Shown: positions 45,201-55,477 of the stretch, piece after piece | Position numbering within the stretch: the first letter of the stretch is position 1 | Layout: every line of letters begins with the position of its first letter | Assembly: GCA_965208905.1 (NCBI GenBank) | Contig: OZ242365.1 | Span: 672,001 to 736,000 of the forward strand | Reading direction: 5' to 3' | From: Nitrosopumilaceae archaeon | GTDB lineage: Archaea; Thermoproteota; Nitrososphaeria; Nitrososphaerales; Nitrosopumilaceae | DNA length: 64,000 bases | Program-made: the position numbers and the translations under genes | The notes under the pieces: model-generated | What the model saw: only the letters and a program-made list of their open reading frames with translations | The model's database searches: none | What the model was told of the DNA's origin: nothing

Positions 45201-48061
45201 TCGGACCAATCCAGGAGATTGCTCCTGATGCAGGAGTCTTTGAGATTGACATTGAGCTTGCGTATACTGACGGTCCCTCTAGTGGTGACTGTCCAATTAC
45301 AGCTCCAGATGGCTATCCAGACTATCTAACCGATGATGGTTATGATGACAAACGATTTGCCACAAGTGCTCACTTCTGTATACTACAAGGCGATACGCTT
45401 GAAGTAGAGTACAGAGACCCACTTGACGCATCTGGTGATCCAAACACTGTCACAGATTCAGCAACCTTCGATCTACGAAATGGTGTGCTACAATCTGACA
45501 AGAGCCAATATGTTATTGGTACTGACATGATACTGACACTCATTGAGCCCGACTTTGACTTAGACAACGACCAAGCCGAGACCTACGACCTTGACCTGAT
45601 TGAATGGGACTCTGATGCTGCTACACTCACCATGGGTGACAGTGGCGGAGAAGACACTGCATTTGATCCGGTACCGATGTACTTTATAGAGACTGGTGAT
45701 AGTACTGGTATATTTCAGACTATAATTCGGATACCTACCGAGCTTGAGGGCGATGCATTGGATAGAGGCGAGGTTATCACACTCGAGTATGTAGACTGGG
45801 GCCCTGCAGACGCTAATTATGTTGGTGATGCAGACAAGAATATACGACTTGTGGTGTCAACTACTGACTTTGGTGCTACCATGGAACTAGACAAAAAGGT
45901 TTACACGTGGACCGACAAGGTCTACATCACTCTAGTATCTTCTGACCACAACTATGACAGCGACTTGGTGGACGAGATTGGCGACACATCAACATATCCA
46001 CTAAAGATATCTACACGTGGTTATGCACTTGATAGATACAAATTGGTTGAAACAGGTACGGACACCGGCATCTTTACTGGTGAGATAGTTCTGACTGGGT
46101 TCTTAGCTCACGATGCGGACGGTGACGGTGTACAGAATGACGCTGATGGTGAGACCGGCGGTGATGGACCCACTGGTGGGAGACTTCAAACCGCCAACGA
46201 TGATAGCCTCTCTGTATCGTTTGAATACGGTGAGGGTATAACCGTCACTACATCTGCCCTAATTCACTGGAGTATCGGTGAGGTACAATGGCTCGAACCA
46301 AGCTATTCGGTTAACGGCGCCGGAGTAGTTCAAGTTATAGACCCGGACATGAATCTACATCCGGAATATGTCGATAACTTTGAGGTCAACGTCTGGTCTG
46401 ATTCGGATGCCGGCGGTATTGATTTGACTGTATCAGAGACAAATAGGGCGACAGGCGTTTTCGAGGGAATCGTACACTTTACAACCGAGGAGACCTCTGG
46501 GAATCACCTCAAGGTTGCCGAGGGTGATACTGTTACCGCTGGGTATGAAGACCGCACACTTCCAGACCCATACGATATACGAGATGATCTTGATGTCACT
46601 GATACCGCACTAATTGGCAGTACTGTGATATCAGCGGTTGGAGAGACCGTAGTGCTTAACACAAAAGGATCATCTGTACCTGGTTGTGAGGTGACCAACG
46701 ACTGCTTTGTGCCTCCTGTAGTCACCATAAATATGGGCGAGAAGATAGTCTGGAAGAATGTTGATACTGCAGCCCACACTGTCACCAGTGGTGTACTGGC
46801 TGATGGTGGCCCAGATGGCGTATTCGATAGTGGCCTGTTTGTTCCAGATACTGAATTCTCTTATACATTTGACACACTAGGCGAATATCCGTACTTTTGT
46901 CTTGTCCACCCGTGGATGGCGGGTATGATAGTCGTCCAAGAAACTGTAGATGATACTCCATCGGGTCAACCATACGTTAACATAGAGAACAACTTTTTCA
47001 TGGAGTTTCCTAAAGAGTGGTCTGTCCAAAATATGTACGGTGCAGATCAGCCAACTGTAGCGGCGGTGGGTTCTAGCATTGGTGTGATACCTCCAAGTAT
47101 CGCAGTATACGTTGAAGAGGCCGGTAGTCGCACGCTAAACACTGTTCGCGAAAGTAAATTGGCAGATTTAGAGACACTGGAGGGCAATCTTGAGATTTTA
47201 AATCATGAATTGGTAAGTATAAACAGTTTTGATGCTTTCGTATTGGATGCCACATATGTATTTGATCCGGGCACTGTACTCACGGATATTAAATATCGGG
47301 AAGCGACCATAGTGTCCTCTGGTAAAATCTACACCCTTTTGTTCAGCACAGCCTTGAGTGACTTTGACTCATACGTACACCATTTTACAGAATCGTTAGA
47401 ATCGTTTGGAATAATTATGCGTGAGAGTGATGAATCGCCCCCCCAGCGTACCATACGGGAGACTGATCTACGACTGGAATTTTACGATTCCAAGGGTAAC
47501 CACTACGTATGGACCCTACCCATATCTGCGTATGAGGATGCTGTGTTTGAAAGTCGTCTGAAATCCACATTCCTGGCGCTAAATCCACTACGACTTGATA
47601 TGGATGATGGGGAGACCATAACCACTACCAGACTAGATGGCTTCGTCCGGGGCAGTTTTGACAACGTAATAGATAACGTGTATGACAACTCATATGATAA
47701 TGCTGACTTTATCTGGGAGGTCTGGCATGTAGTATCGCAGTTGACAGTCTATGATGCGGATGTATATCTGCATAGCGAGGGCAGGTTTGCCACTGAGACG
47801 TTCTCACGTGGAGGTGGGGACTGCGAAGATCTGGCCATACTGATAGCGGACATGCTGGCCTCCTCGGAGCATACTGCGGACTGGAGCATTCAGTATCTGT
47901 ATATGGATACGGACAATCCCAAAGATCCGCAGAAGGTAAATCACGTGATGCTGCATGTAGATGATGGTGTACGTACTTACCTGATAGAGGCTACGGGCGA
48001 GCCGAGCTGGGATTACTATCCGGATGGTGTACGTGGATGGTTTATCGATGTCCAAGACTAG
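42275..48061 (+). CDS. S-layer (SlaA-like) paralogue fused to cupredoxin, PsbP-like and transglutaminase-like domains (start uncertain; frame open from 42155)
   Basis: Collinear with 50565-55418 up to ~46620, then AAHTVTSG..YFCLVHPWMAG, FFMEFPKEW..GKIYTL, and GDCEDLAIL..NHVML..YLIEAT. Confidence 0.85.
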   Translation: MFVIIIVASVLAYTIPDVVPVAYADNTLYVSAESDMFENHFVGAQVIEVIVANDQYTNRNVSFMPTVTVNNNPLLMVQAQSGNWYGYFVEMDKAKVASANGAIYYGEMTEIQYDFSTVLNLYLLEWPFDEAYGHYALKEPAVGHLIFGEYYYSGTPILAYSFTEGDDVEVKLHNGASTESVTLRYDTVEDYAGLLLDRGTYPQNAHVHIAITDTWLNIDPTSEDIWTMTTGDDPSLYYGVDNVGDVAVDTFDLMCDVNCVLIVNKDLQNQGDVLELSPNFDRYRLTDTDIEQFSIRFGEVSPNSGVFTNSDDYGGANVVITDTARRGTTATIDYNDSPIDIAVANSFARIDIQLQDDTWNSGEEIPVIIEDDDANRNGAWSESMVVSDPKSIIPTLVIGSPITLDDNSMYSTGDDNYMSTETTTFSKRGSVSVDGNTLVLHYDGQPLNLLDHGPDFEGFIYFNYHFESLTEDSVSVTLTNADSVDAVVADNCMTDNIGMTLDCLVVAGAITSSQSDDILDFDEIPDFGSDACSATLVDDGDAIGYLNVDDALGMLDNCNDNDDIVLVVNGMLEGDHAPVVADFMAFGYTDDGVQGSERVADQIIRIEAEETDDNTGVFEGSLEYIMVNQLNVLDQDTYDSVDPISDAPIFIVFEDMTDENAPKVTYLDLGADGVYTQISDSQDVPSHSGVVTFDSGNYKIADTVTVTLNDPDLNTDSELIDIYTVVRDSDSSVFGKVGSDLGVKETFGDLGRLLDITFDNWDWPSASNCDFNGNADGLQATGFSLVETGVATGIFTGDFQIPAEWCYDGWLESTAGYDIQVNYVDFRDESGDIMEVGDSSAVGAHTGSVSLDRTVYPVPFGLPENFGHDKDHEADPDNESFFPIHSTGFDGDSGLKYINAGDLTIHVRVTDTDYDVSATSQDTISQAVEGTDHTGPVKVMVKRGSSYLVLGYAGGPEETGDRAGFLKTDSDTVRQFGPIQEIAPDAGVFEIDIELAYTDGPSSGDCPITAPDGYPDYLTDDGYDDKRFATSAHFCILQGDTLEVEYRDPLDASGDPNTVTDSATFDLRNGVLQSDKSQYVIGTDMILTLIEPDFDLDNDQAETYDLDLIEWDSDAATLTMGDSGGEDTAFDPVPMYFIETGDSTGIFQTIIRIPTELEGDALDRGEVITLEYVDWGPADANYVGDADKNIRLVVSTTDFGATMELDKKVYTWTDKVYITLVSSDHNYDSDLVDEIGDTSTYPLKISTRGYALDRYKLVETGTDTGIFTGEIVLTGFLAHDADGDGVQNDADGETGGDGPTGGRLQTANDDSLSVSFEYGEGITVTTSALIHWSIGEVQWLEPSYSVNGAGVVQVIDPDMNLHPEYVDNFEVNVWSDSDAGGIDLTVSETNRATGVFEGIVHFTTEETSGNHLKVAEGDTVTAGYEDRTLPDPYDIRDDLDVTDTALIGSTVISAVGETVVLNTKGSSVPGCEVTNDCFVPPVVTINMGEKIVWKNVDTAAHTVTSGVLADGGPDGVFDSGLFVPDTEFSYTFDTLGEYPYFCLVHPWMAGMIVVQETVDDTPSGQPYVNIENNFFMEFPKEWSVQNMYGADQPTVAAVGSSIGVIPPSIAVYVEEAGSRTLNTVRESKLADLETLEGNLEILNHELVSINSFDAFVLDATYVFDPGTVLTDIKYREATIVSSGKIYTLLFSTALSDFDSYVHHFTESLESFGIIMRESDESPPQRTIRETDLRLEFYDSKGNHYVWTLPISAYEDAVFESRLKSTFLALNPLRLDMDDGETITTTRLDGFVRGSFDNVIDNVYDNSYDNADFIWEVWHVVSQLTVYDADVYLHSEGRFATETFSRGGGDCEDLAILIADMLASSEHTADWSIQYLYMDTDNPKDPQKVNHVMLHVDDGVRTYLIEATGEPSWDYYPDGVRGWFIDVQD

Positions 48062-48074
48062 AAGGGTGGGTTGA

Positions 48075-48290
48075 GGGCAAGACTTGGATAGTTGTGTATG
48101 TATTCGCCCCCCACTGATCAAACACCGTAGTGACCCCTCGCAAATAATAAGATGCGGCGCGGTTCTGACATACGAGTTTGCGCAAGAGTTACAAAGTTCT
48201 GCATTTATTCAAGAACCGCACATGATCTTTGTTGGTTTGAATCGAACACAGCATCGTACATCTAGGTATAGGGCTCCCCGTGGGGGAAAC
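48075..48290 (-). pseudogene. Possible IS200 TnpA (Y1 HUH transposase) relic
   Basis: Fragments TNKDHVRFL and LFARGHYGV*SVG/ANTYTTIQ resemble the TnpA DHVH and W.RGY.V.SVG motifs. Confidence 0.4.
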
Positions 48291-48558
48291 AGATCAACTG
48301 ATTCCAATCGATACAAGATCTCTTCTATATGATGATGAGTGCCATCCATCTAAAGATGATGAACAGCATTGTCCATCTAGAATGACACATTCCGCAACCA
48401 AAATCTCTACAGTATGAGTACTAGAAGCGTATTATTCATGTATAATACACACATTTGACAGTAGATGGCATGTTACATGCAGAGTTGCGCGCCTCAACAA
48501 ATTTGCAAGATGAATCACATCCCTTAAAACATAAAACAGAGGTTTCCCTTATTATACT

Positions 48559-50295
48559 ATGAATATAAAATTACCAGTAATCTGCATCTCCATATTGCTT
48601 GTAGTTGTAACTCCAGCATTTGCAACACATCCAGAACTTGATGAATTTGGCAAGAGTAAGAAGATGGTGGCCCAAGAGATGGTCGAGCAGACGATATTAT
48701 CATTTGAAGATCGTCCTACCGATACAATATCGATGATAAACGATATGGATAATCTACTATTTCGTGATGGAAGTATCTATGCGTTTATAGTAGATCTCAA
48801 TGGTATCATAGTGGCACATGGCTCCACTCCAGACATGGTGGGAACAAATCTATATGATATAGAAAATTTGGAGAGGCTGTTTGCGCAAGCCTCACCTCAT
48901 GGATGGTGGATACAATATGATTGGGAAAACCCCACACACTCTACAAATGAAGTAAATCTTGCATGGATAAAGACAAAGTGGGGCTACAATTTTGGAGCTG
49001 GAATATATCTGGATGACATACCTGAGCACGACATAGAGTTGACCGAAGATGATAGAGAGCGTCAGAGAGTGGCCCAACATATGGTGGATGAGGCTATTGA
49101 GGCTTATACCACACAACCATCTTTGGCATTATCCATGATACATGATACGAACAACCCATTATTTCATGATCAAGAGCTATACGTTACCATAATACACACA
49201 AATGGAACTATAATAGCAGATGGTAACTACCCTACACTGATAGGCGCCGATATAGAGTTCATTCGAGATACTGCAGGCATTCATTTGGGAGACTTGTTTG
49301 ATGCAAACATCTCATTGTACGGCAGGTGGTTTGAGTATAATTGGCCAAATCCATTTTCATCAGAATCTAGCGCATTAAAGGTTGCTTGGATCAAAATCCT
49401 TGGCGAGTATATGTACACAGTGGGGATGTACCCAGAAGCTCCTGATGAGGAGTATGAGGATGTACTAACACAGTTTGATCAAGACCGTATGAAAACGGCT
49501 CAAATGATGCTTCAGAATGCCATAACAATGTTTGGGACAGATATGAGTCTGACTATTGATGTAATACATGACAAGAATAATCTGTTATTCCATGATGAAG
49601 AGTTGTATGTGGTTATAGCTGATCATACTGGAGATATAGTAGCACATGGCTACACCCCTGATATGGTGGGACAGAACCTGTATAACATAACAGATGGATA
49701 TGGTCTTAATCTAGGGGAGTTGTTTGAAACCAGTACCTATTATGGCAAATGGATTACATACCACTGGCCAAATCCAGATGCAGGAGGTGCTGTACAAGAG
49801 ATGAAGACACTACTGATGAATCGAGGAGGTTACACATTCTCTGTGGGTATATATCCGGGCTATAAGGAGCCATATGATGAGCTGACTCAACATGAGGTGG
49901 ACCGCCGCCATCTGGCCCAAAGTATGGTGGAACATACTATATCCTCATTTACAATGAATCCTACTTTGACAATCGACACAATACATGATGGTACAAACGA
50001 ACTGTACAATGATAATGAACTATACGTTACAATAACACATGTAAACGGCACTGTAATTGCGCATGGACAATCACCAGATCTGGTGGGAGATGATATGGAG
50101 AGTGTCAAAGACGGTAGAGGTGTGTCCCTTGGCGACCTATATGATGACAACCAGTCGATATATGGTAGATGGATTGAGTATCACTGGCCAAATCCTACCG
50201 TCCCTGGCTCTGATGATGAGTCGTATCTGGCATGGTTTAAGGCTAACTCTGACTATATATTCACCTCCGGCATATATCCTGAATATGATGACTAG
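48559..50295 (+). CDS. Secreted protein with four tandem single-Cache-like domains
   Basis: Signal peptide; four repeats of AQ.M....I..LF.D.ELY....G.I.AHG..P..VG...G.W.EY.WPNP...G.Y; no second TM helix or output domain. Confidence 0.82.
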   Translation: MNIKLPVICISILLVVVTPAFATHPELDEFGKSKKMVAQEMVEQTILSFEDRPTDTISMINDMDNLLFRDGSIYAFIVDLNGIIVAHGSTPDMVGTNLYDIENLERLFAQASPHGWWIQYDWENPTHSTNEVNLAWIKTKWGYNFGAGIYLDDIPEHDIELTEDDRERQRVAQHMVDEAIEAYTTQPSLALSMIHDTNNPLFHDQELYVTIIHTNGTIIADGNYPTLIGADIEFIRDTAGIHLGDLFDANISLYGRWFEYNWPNPFSSESSALKVAWIKILGEYMYTVGMYPEAPDEEYEDVLTQFDQDRMKTAQMMLQNAITMFGTDMSLTIDVIHDKNNLLFHDEELYVVIADHTGDIVAHGYTPDMVGQNLYNITDGYGLNLGELFETSTYYGKWITYHWPNPDAGGAVQEMKTLLMNRGGYTFSVGIYPGYKEPYDELTQHEVDRRHLAQSMVEHTISSFTMNPTLTIDTIHDGTNELYNDNELYVTITHVNGTVIAHGQSPDLVGDDMESVKDGRGVSLGDLYDDNQSIYGRWIEYHWPNPTVPGSDDESYLAWFKANSDYIFTSGIYPEYDD

Positions 50296-50529
50296 CTTGT
50301 TTGCTAGATGGTTGGTTCGGGTGTGTCCCACTGGTATAAAGCCCCGGGAGGACCTACACCAGCAGTACAATTGGATGCATCCAGATGATGTCATACCACA
50401 ACAAGAGGACGACCAATGATATAAAACACCAAAATCTAAAATGGATGGAAGATGATATTAATGGGTGTTAGCCATGACCAAGCGCGACATGATTTCAGTT
50501 TAATACCCACAGTCGATTGGTTCATTAGT

Positions 50530-50537
50530 TTTAAATA
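50530..50537 (+). promoter_or_regulatory. Putative TATA box of the S-layer gene
   Basis: TTTAAATA about 30 nt upstream of ATG 50565. Confidence 0.5.
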
Positions 50538-50564
50538 CAAATAAGGCAAAGAAAGCGCAATAAA

Positions 50565-53500
50565 ATGGAAAACGAAATAATACGAAAATCAACTAGTATT
50601 ACACTTATGGCGATCATGGTCGCTGGCGGACTTACATTTGCTATTCCAGGTGTCCTACCTGCCGCATATGCGGACAACGCATTGTATGTATCTGCCGAAA
50701 GCGAGATGTTCGAGAATTACTTTGTCGGTGCTCAGGTTATTGAAGTCATAGTTAATGATGATCAATACCGAACTGATGAGAACCGCGGAGATTCATACAT
50801 GCCCATTGTGACTGTGGATGATAACCCACTCCCAATGTATCAGGCAACAAGCGGTAACTGGTATGGTTACTTTGTAGAGAAAGATAAAGCAATGGAGGCC
50901 CAAAATGAGAATCTGTTTGACTTTGGTGATCGTGCCGAGTTAAGTACTGATGAGTGTCCTACAGTGGATGACATTGAATGTACCACGGACAACTTCAAGT
51001 TTGAGTTTTCAGAAACAAGAAATGTACTCGCTGAACCTCCAGGCCGTCCTGCAATCTATGCATTCGGCTTTACTGAAGGTAGTGACATCGATGTAGAACT
51101 AGAAAATGGTGCTGATACAGAGACTGTTACACTAAGTTATGATACTGTAGAAGATTACGCTGGATTGATGCTAGATAGAGGTGCATATCCTCAAATGGCC
51201 CATATCCATCTTGAAGTTACTGATGCATGGTTAAACATTGACCCAACATCTGAAGATGTTTGGTACTTTAATACAGTAGAAAATAATGAAGCCTCCTATA
51301 GAGGTACTAGCAATTACGTTGCCCTGCAAGATACAGGTCTAATGTGTGATGATAACTGTGTTTTGCTGATAAACCCTGATAGACAGGGTACAAACGAAAA
51401 TGGTGTTCTAAAAGTCGCAAGCAACATGGATCATGAGTTTGACGATGATGCTGAAAAGAAATACTACCCAATACGCCTTGAGGAGGGTTCGCCTAACTCT
51501 GGTGTCTTTACCAATACCGATGATGATGATGCAGCAAACTTGATGATAACTGACGATGCTAGAAGAGGTACCACTGCTACCATTGACTATAATGATTCCC
51601 CAATTGATATTGCAGTCGCCAACAGCTTTGCTAGTATTGACATACAACTGGACGATGATACATGGAACTCTGGCGAAGAGATTCCAGTAGTGATTACAGA
51701 TGATGATGCCAACAAGAATGGTGCCTCTGATGAGGACATGTTGGTATCTGATCCAGACACGATTATCCCGACACTAGTCACTGGTAGTCCAGTTACCCTA
51801 GATGATAATTCGATGTACAATGCTGATGGCCAATACGCGGATCGTGAAGCCTACATGGACACTGAAACCACGACCTTCTCAAAGAGGGGTACTGTCAGTG
51901 TTGATGGCAACACTCTGGTCTTACTGTACGATAAACAACCGTTAAGCCTGCTTAATCACGGAGATGACTTTAAGGGCTTTGCCTACTTTAACTATCACTT
52001 TGAGTCTGTATCTGATTCAGTCAGCATTACACTGACTAACCTCAACAGCGTTGATGCTGTAGTGGCAAACAATTGTATAAATAACAATTCTCTTGACATG
52101 ACTTTGTCTTGTCTTGAAGACGCTGGTGCAATAAGCTCAGACGATCGAGAAAATTTTCTGGACTTTGATGATATTCCAGACTTTGGTAGCGATGCATGTA
52201 GCGTCACCCTTGTAGATAATGGCGACGCAAGTGGCTATGTAAACATCGATAAATCTCTTAACATGCTAGGTAGTTGTGACGCAGATGAGAGCATTGTCCT
52301 TGTGATAAGCGGTGATATGCTTAATGGTGATGATGCACCCGTTGTCGCTGACTTTATGTCGTTCGGATATAATGATGACGGCGTTCAGGGTAGCGAGCGT
52401 GTTGCAGATCAGATTATCAGAATAGAGGCTGAAGAGACCGATGATAACACAGGTGTCTTTGAAGGCGCACTGGAGTATATCATGGTAAATCAGTTGAATG
52501 TCCTAGATAAAGCCACTTATGACAGTGTTGATCCTATTAGCGATGCACCTATCTTCATAGTATTTGAAGATATGACCGATGAGGATGCACCAAAAGTCAC
52601 ATATCTTGACTTGGGCGCCGATGGCGTTGCAACACAGGTATCTGACAGACAGGAGGCTCCTTCACACTCTGGTATAGTGACATTTGATTCTGGTAATTAC
52701 AAGATTGCCGATACTGTAACAGTTACTCTAAACGACCCAGATTTGAACACAGATTCAGAACTTATCGATATCTATACTGTTGTCCGTCAAGCAGATTCAA
52801 GCGTCTTTGGAAAGGCTGGTGAGGTCTTGACGTATGGAATGCTAGAATACAATCAGGCTGCACAGAATGTAATTGAGGATTGTGAAGATGATAATAATAA
52901 TAGAGCACATCAGGTAGACTGCGAAGCCATAGAGGTTAAAGAAACGTTTGGTGATCTAGGTAGATTGCTTGACATTACCTTTGATGATGCAGATTGGCCT
53001 AAACCTAACACTTCTGGCTGTAGCTTCGGCGGTGATGGCGATGGCCTTCACGCAACCGGCTTCTCCTTAGTTGAGACCGGTGTCGCAACCGGCGTCTTTG
53101 TGGGTGACTTCCAAATACCAGCAAAATGGTGTGAGGATGGTGAGCCTGAGACTACCACTGGATACGACATTGAAGTCAACTATGTAGACTTTAGAGATGC
53201 ATCTGGTGAAATCATTGAAGTGGGTGACAGCTCTGCTGTCGGCGCACACACCGGCTCAGTCTCACTAGACAGAACCGTTTACCCGGTACCGTTTGGTTTG
53301 CCTGAGAACTTTGGTCATGATAGAGACCACGAGGCCGATCCAGACAACGAATCATTCTTCCCCATACACTCTACAGGATTTGATGGTGACAGCGGTTTGA
53401 AGTATATCAACGCTGGTGACCTAACAATCCATATACGAGTAACTGATACTGACTATGATGTATCTGCCACTGGCCAAGATACAATTAGTCAGGCAGTTGA

Positions 53501-55418
53501 GGGTACAGATCACACTGGTCCCGTCAAAGTGATGGTAAAGAGAGGTTCATCCTATCTTGTGTTAGGTTATGCAGGTGGTCCAGAGGAAACTGGTGATAGA
53601 GCAGGATTCCTTAAGACCGACTCTGATAAGGTAAGACAATTCGGACCAATCCAGGAGATTGCTCCTGATGCAGGAGTCTTTGAGATTGACATTGAACTTG
53701 CGTATACTGACGGTCCCTCTAGTGGTGACTGTCCAAACACAGCCCCTGATGGCTATCCAGACTACCTAACTGATAATGGTGACGACAACCGATTTGCCAC
53801 AAGTGATCACTTCTGTATACTACAAGGCGATACGCTTGAAGTAGAGTACAGAGACCCACTTGACGCATCTGGTGATCCAAACACTGTCACAGATTCAGCA
53901 ACCTTCGATCTACGAAATGGTGTGCTACAATCTGACAAGAGCCAATATGTTATTGGTACTGACATGATACTGACACTCATAGAACCAGACTTTGACTTAG
54001 ACAACGACCAAGCCGAGACCTACGACCTTGACCTGATTGAATGGGACTCTGATGCTGCTACACTCACCATGGGTGACAGTGGCGGAGAGGACACTGCATT
54101 TGATCCAGAACCAACCGACTTTAGGGAGACTGGTGACAGTACTGGTATATTCCAGACTATAATCGAGATTCCTGCAGAGTTGGAGGGTGACAGGTTGGAG
54201 AGAAACGAGGCTATCACACTAGAGTATGTAGACTGGGGTCCCGCTGGCGCTAACTATGTTGGTGATGAGGATGAGGATGTACGACTTGATGTTGTAACCT
54301 CTGACTTTGGTGCTACCATAGAACTAGACCAGAAGGTTTACACCTGGACTGACAAAGTATACATCACTATAGTAGCTCCTGACCACAACTATGACAGCGA
54401 CTTGGTGGACGAGATTGGTGACACATCAACAGATCCACTAAAGATATCTACTCGTGGTCATGACCTTGACAGATACAAATTGGTTGAAACAGGCACAGAT
54501 ACCGGCATCTTTACTGGTGAGATAATTCTGACTGGATTCTCAGCTCACGATGCTGATGGTGACGGCGTACAGAGTGACGCTGATGGTGAGACAGGTGGTG
54601 ATGGACCCACAAGTGGGAAACTCCAAACCACTAACGATGACGGACTCTCTGTATCATACGAATACAGCGAGGATGTTACTATCGTCACATCTGCTCTAGT
54701 TCGCTGGAACATTGGTGAGGTACAATGGCTTGAATCAAGCTACCCCGCTAGTGGCACTGGCATAGTTCGAGTTATAGACCCAGACATGAACCTAAACCCA
54801 GAAGCTGTCGATAACTTTGACATCAACGTTTGGTCTGATTCAGACGCTGGTGGTATTGACTTGACTGTAACGGAGACGAATGAAGCGACTGGAATATTCG
54901 AGGGTACTGTATCCTTCACAATCGAGACGGAGTCCTCTGGACACCGACTCAGAGCTGCTGAGGGCGACACTGTTACCGCCGAGTATGAAGACCGCACACT
55001 TCCAGATCCATACAGTACGAGAGATGATCTCGATGTCACGGCCACCACACTGATTGGCACTATTGTACCTCCACTGGAGAGAGCACCCGCCTCTAACTTG
55101 AGAGTGGTTGACTCGTTCGGAAACAGTCTAGATACTGTCTCTGTTGACCAGCAGGTACAGATAACCGCTGATCTGACAAACGGTCAGAACAGAAACCAGG
55201 CATTTGCATATCTGGTACAGGTTCAAGATGCTAATGGTGTAGTAGTAAGTCTAGCTTGGATTACAGGTTCACTCACTCCTTCACAATCATTCAGTCCGGC
55301 TGAGTCTTGGACTCCCGATATGGCTGGCACATACACTGTGACTGCCTTTGTATGGGAATCACTTGATAACCCGACTGCACTTTCACCACCTATAACGACA
55401 GAAATTACCGTACAATAA
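50565..55418 (+). CDS. slaA: Major S-layer protein (Nitrosopumilaceae SlaA type)
   Basis: MENEIIRK..TLMAIMVAGGLTFAIPG leader, LYVSAE, repeated ETG..TG.F.G motifs, very acidic, C-terminal QVQITADL..SLAWITGSL..FVWESL.NPTALSP; T-rich tract follows. Confidence 0.9.
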   Translation: MENEIIRKSTSITLMAIMVAGGLTFAIPGVLPAAYADNALYVSAESEMFENYFVGAQVIEVIVNDDQYRTDENRGDSYMPIVTVDDNPLPMYQATSGNWYGYFVEKDKAMEAQNENLFDFGDRAELSTDECPTVDDIECTTDNFKFEFSETRNVLAEPPGRPAIYAFGFTEGSDIDVELENGADTETVTLSYDTVEDYAGLMLDRGAYPQMAHIHLEVTDAWLNIDPTSEDVWYFNTVENNEASYRGTSNYVALQDTGLMCDDNCVLLINPDRQGTNENGVLKVASNMDHEFDDDAEKKYYPIRLEEGSPNSGVFTNTDDDDAANLMITDDARRGTTATIDYNDSPIDIAVANSFASIDIQLDDDTWNSGEEIPVVITDDDANKNGASDEDMLVSDPDTIIPTLVTGSPVTLDDNSMYNADGQYADREAYMDTETTTFSKRGTVSVDGNTLVLLYDKQPLSLLNHGDDFKGFAYFNYHFESVSDSVSITLTNLNSVDAVVANNCINNNSLDMTLSCLEDAGAISSDDRENFLDFDDIPDFGSDACSVTLVDNGDASGYVNIDKSLNMLGSCDADESIVLVISGDMLNGDDAPVVADFMSFGYNDDGVQGSERVADQIIRIEAEETDDNTGVFEGALEYIMVNQLNVLDKATYDSVDPISDAPIFIVFEDMTDEDAPKVTYLDLGADGVATQVSDRQEAPSHSGIVTFDSGNYKIADTVTVTLNDPDLNTDSELIDIYTVVRQADSSVFGKAGEVLTYGMLEYNQAAQNVIEDCEDDNNNRAHQVDCEAIEVKETFGDLGRLLDITFDDADWPKPNTSGCSFGGDGDGLHATGFSLVETGVATGVFVGDFQIPAKWCEDGEPETTTGYDIEVNYVDFRDASGEIIEVGDSSAVGAHTGSVSLDRTVYPVPFGLPENFGHDRDHEADPDNESFFPIHSTGFDGDSGLKYINAGDLTIHIRVTDTDYDVSATGQDTISQAVEGTDHTGPVKVMVKRGSSYLVLGYAGGPEETGDRAGFLKTDSDKVRQFGPIQEIAPDAGVFEIDIELAYTDGPSSGDCPNTAPDGYPDYLTDNGDDNRFATSDHFCILQGDTLEVEYRDPLDASGDPNTVTDSATFDLRNGVLQSDKSQYVIGTDMILTLIEPDFDLDNDQAETYDLDLIEWDSDAATLTMGDSGGEDTAFDPEPTDFRETGDSTGIFQTIIEIPAELEGDRLERNEAITLEYVDWGPAGANYVGDEDEDVRLDVVTSDFGATIELDQKVYTWTDKVYITIVAPDHNYDSDLVDEIGDTSTDPLKISTRGHDLDRYKLVETGTDTGIFTGEIILTGFSAHDADGDGVQSDADGETGGDGPTSGKLQTTNDDGLSVSYEYSEDVTIVTSALVRWNIGEVQWLESSYPASGTGIVRVIDPDMNLNPEAVDNFDINVWSDSDAGGIDLTVTETNEATGIFEGTVSFTIETESSGHRLRAAEGDTVTAEYEDRTLPDPYSTRDDLDVTATTLIGTIVPPLERAPASNLRVVDSFGNSLDTVSVDQQVQITADLTNGQNRNQAFAYLVQVQDANGVVVSLAWITGSLTPSQSFSPAESWTPDMAGTYTVTAFVWESLDNPTALSPPITTEITVQ

Positions 55419-55477
55419 TTCTAAATTTTTTCCTTTTTTTGTAAACCAATATTAGATGATACTGCGCATGATATTTT

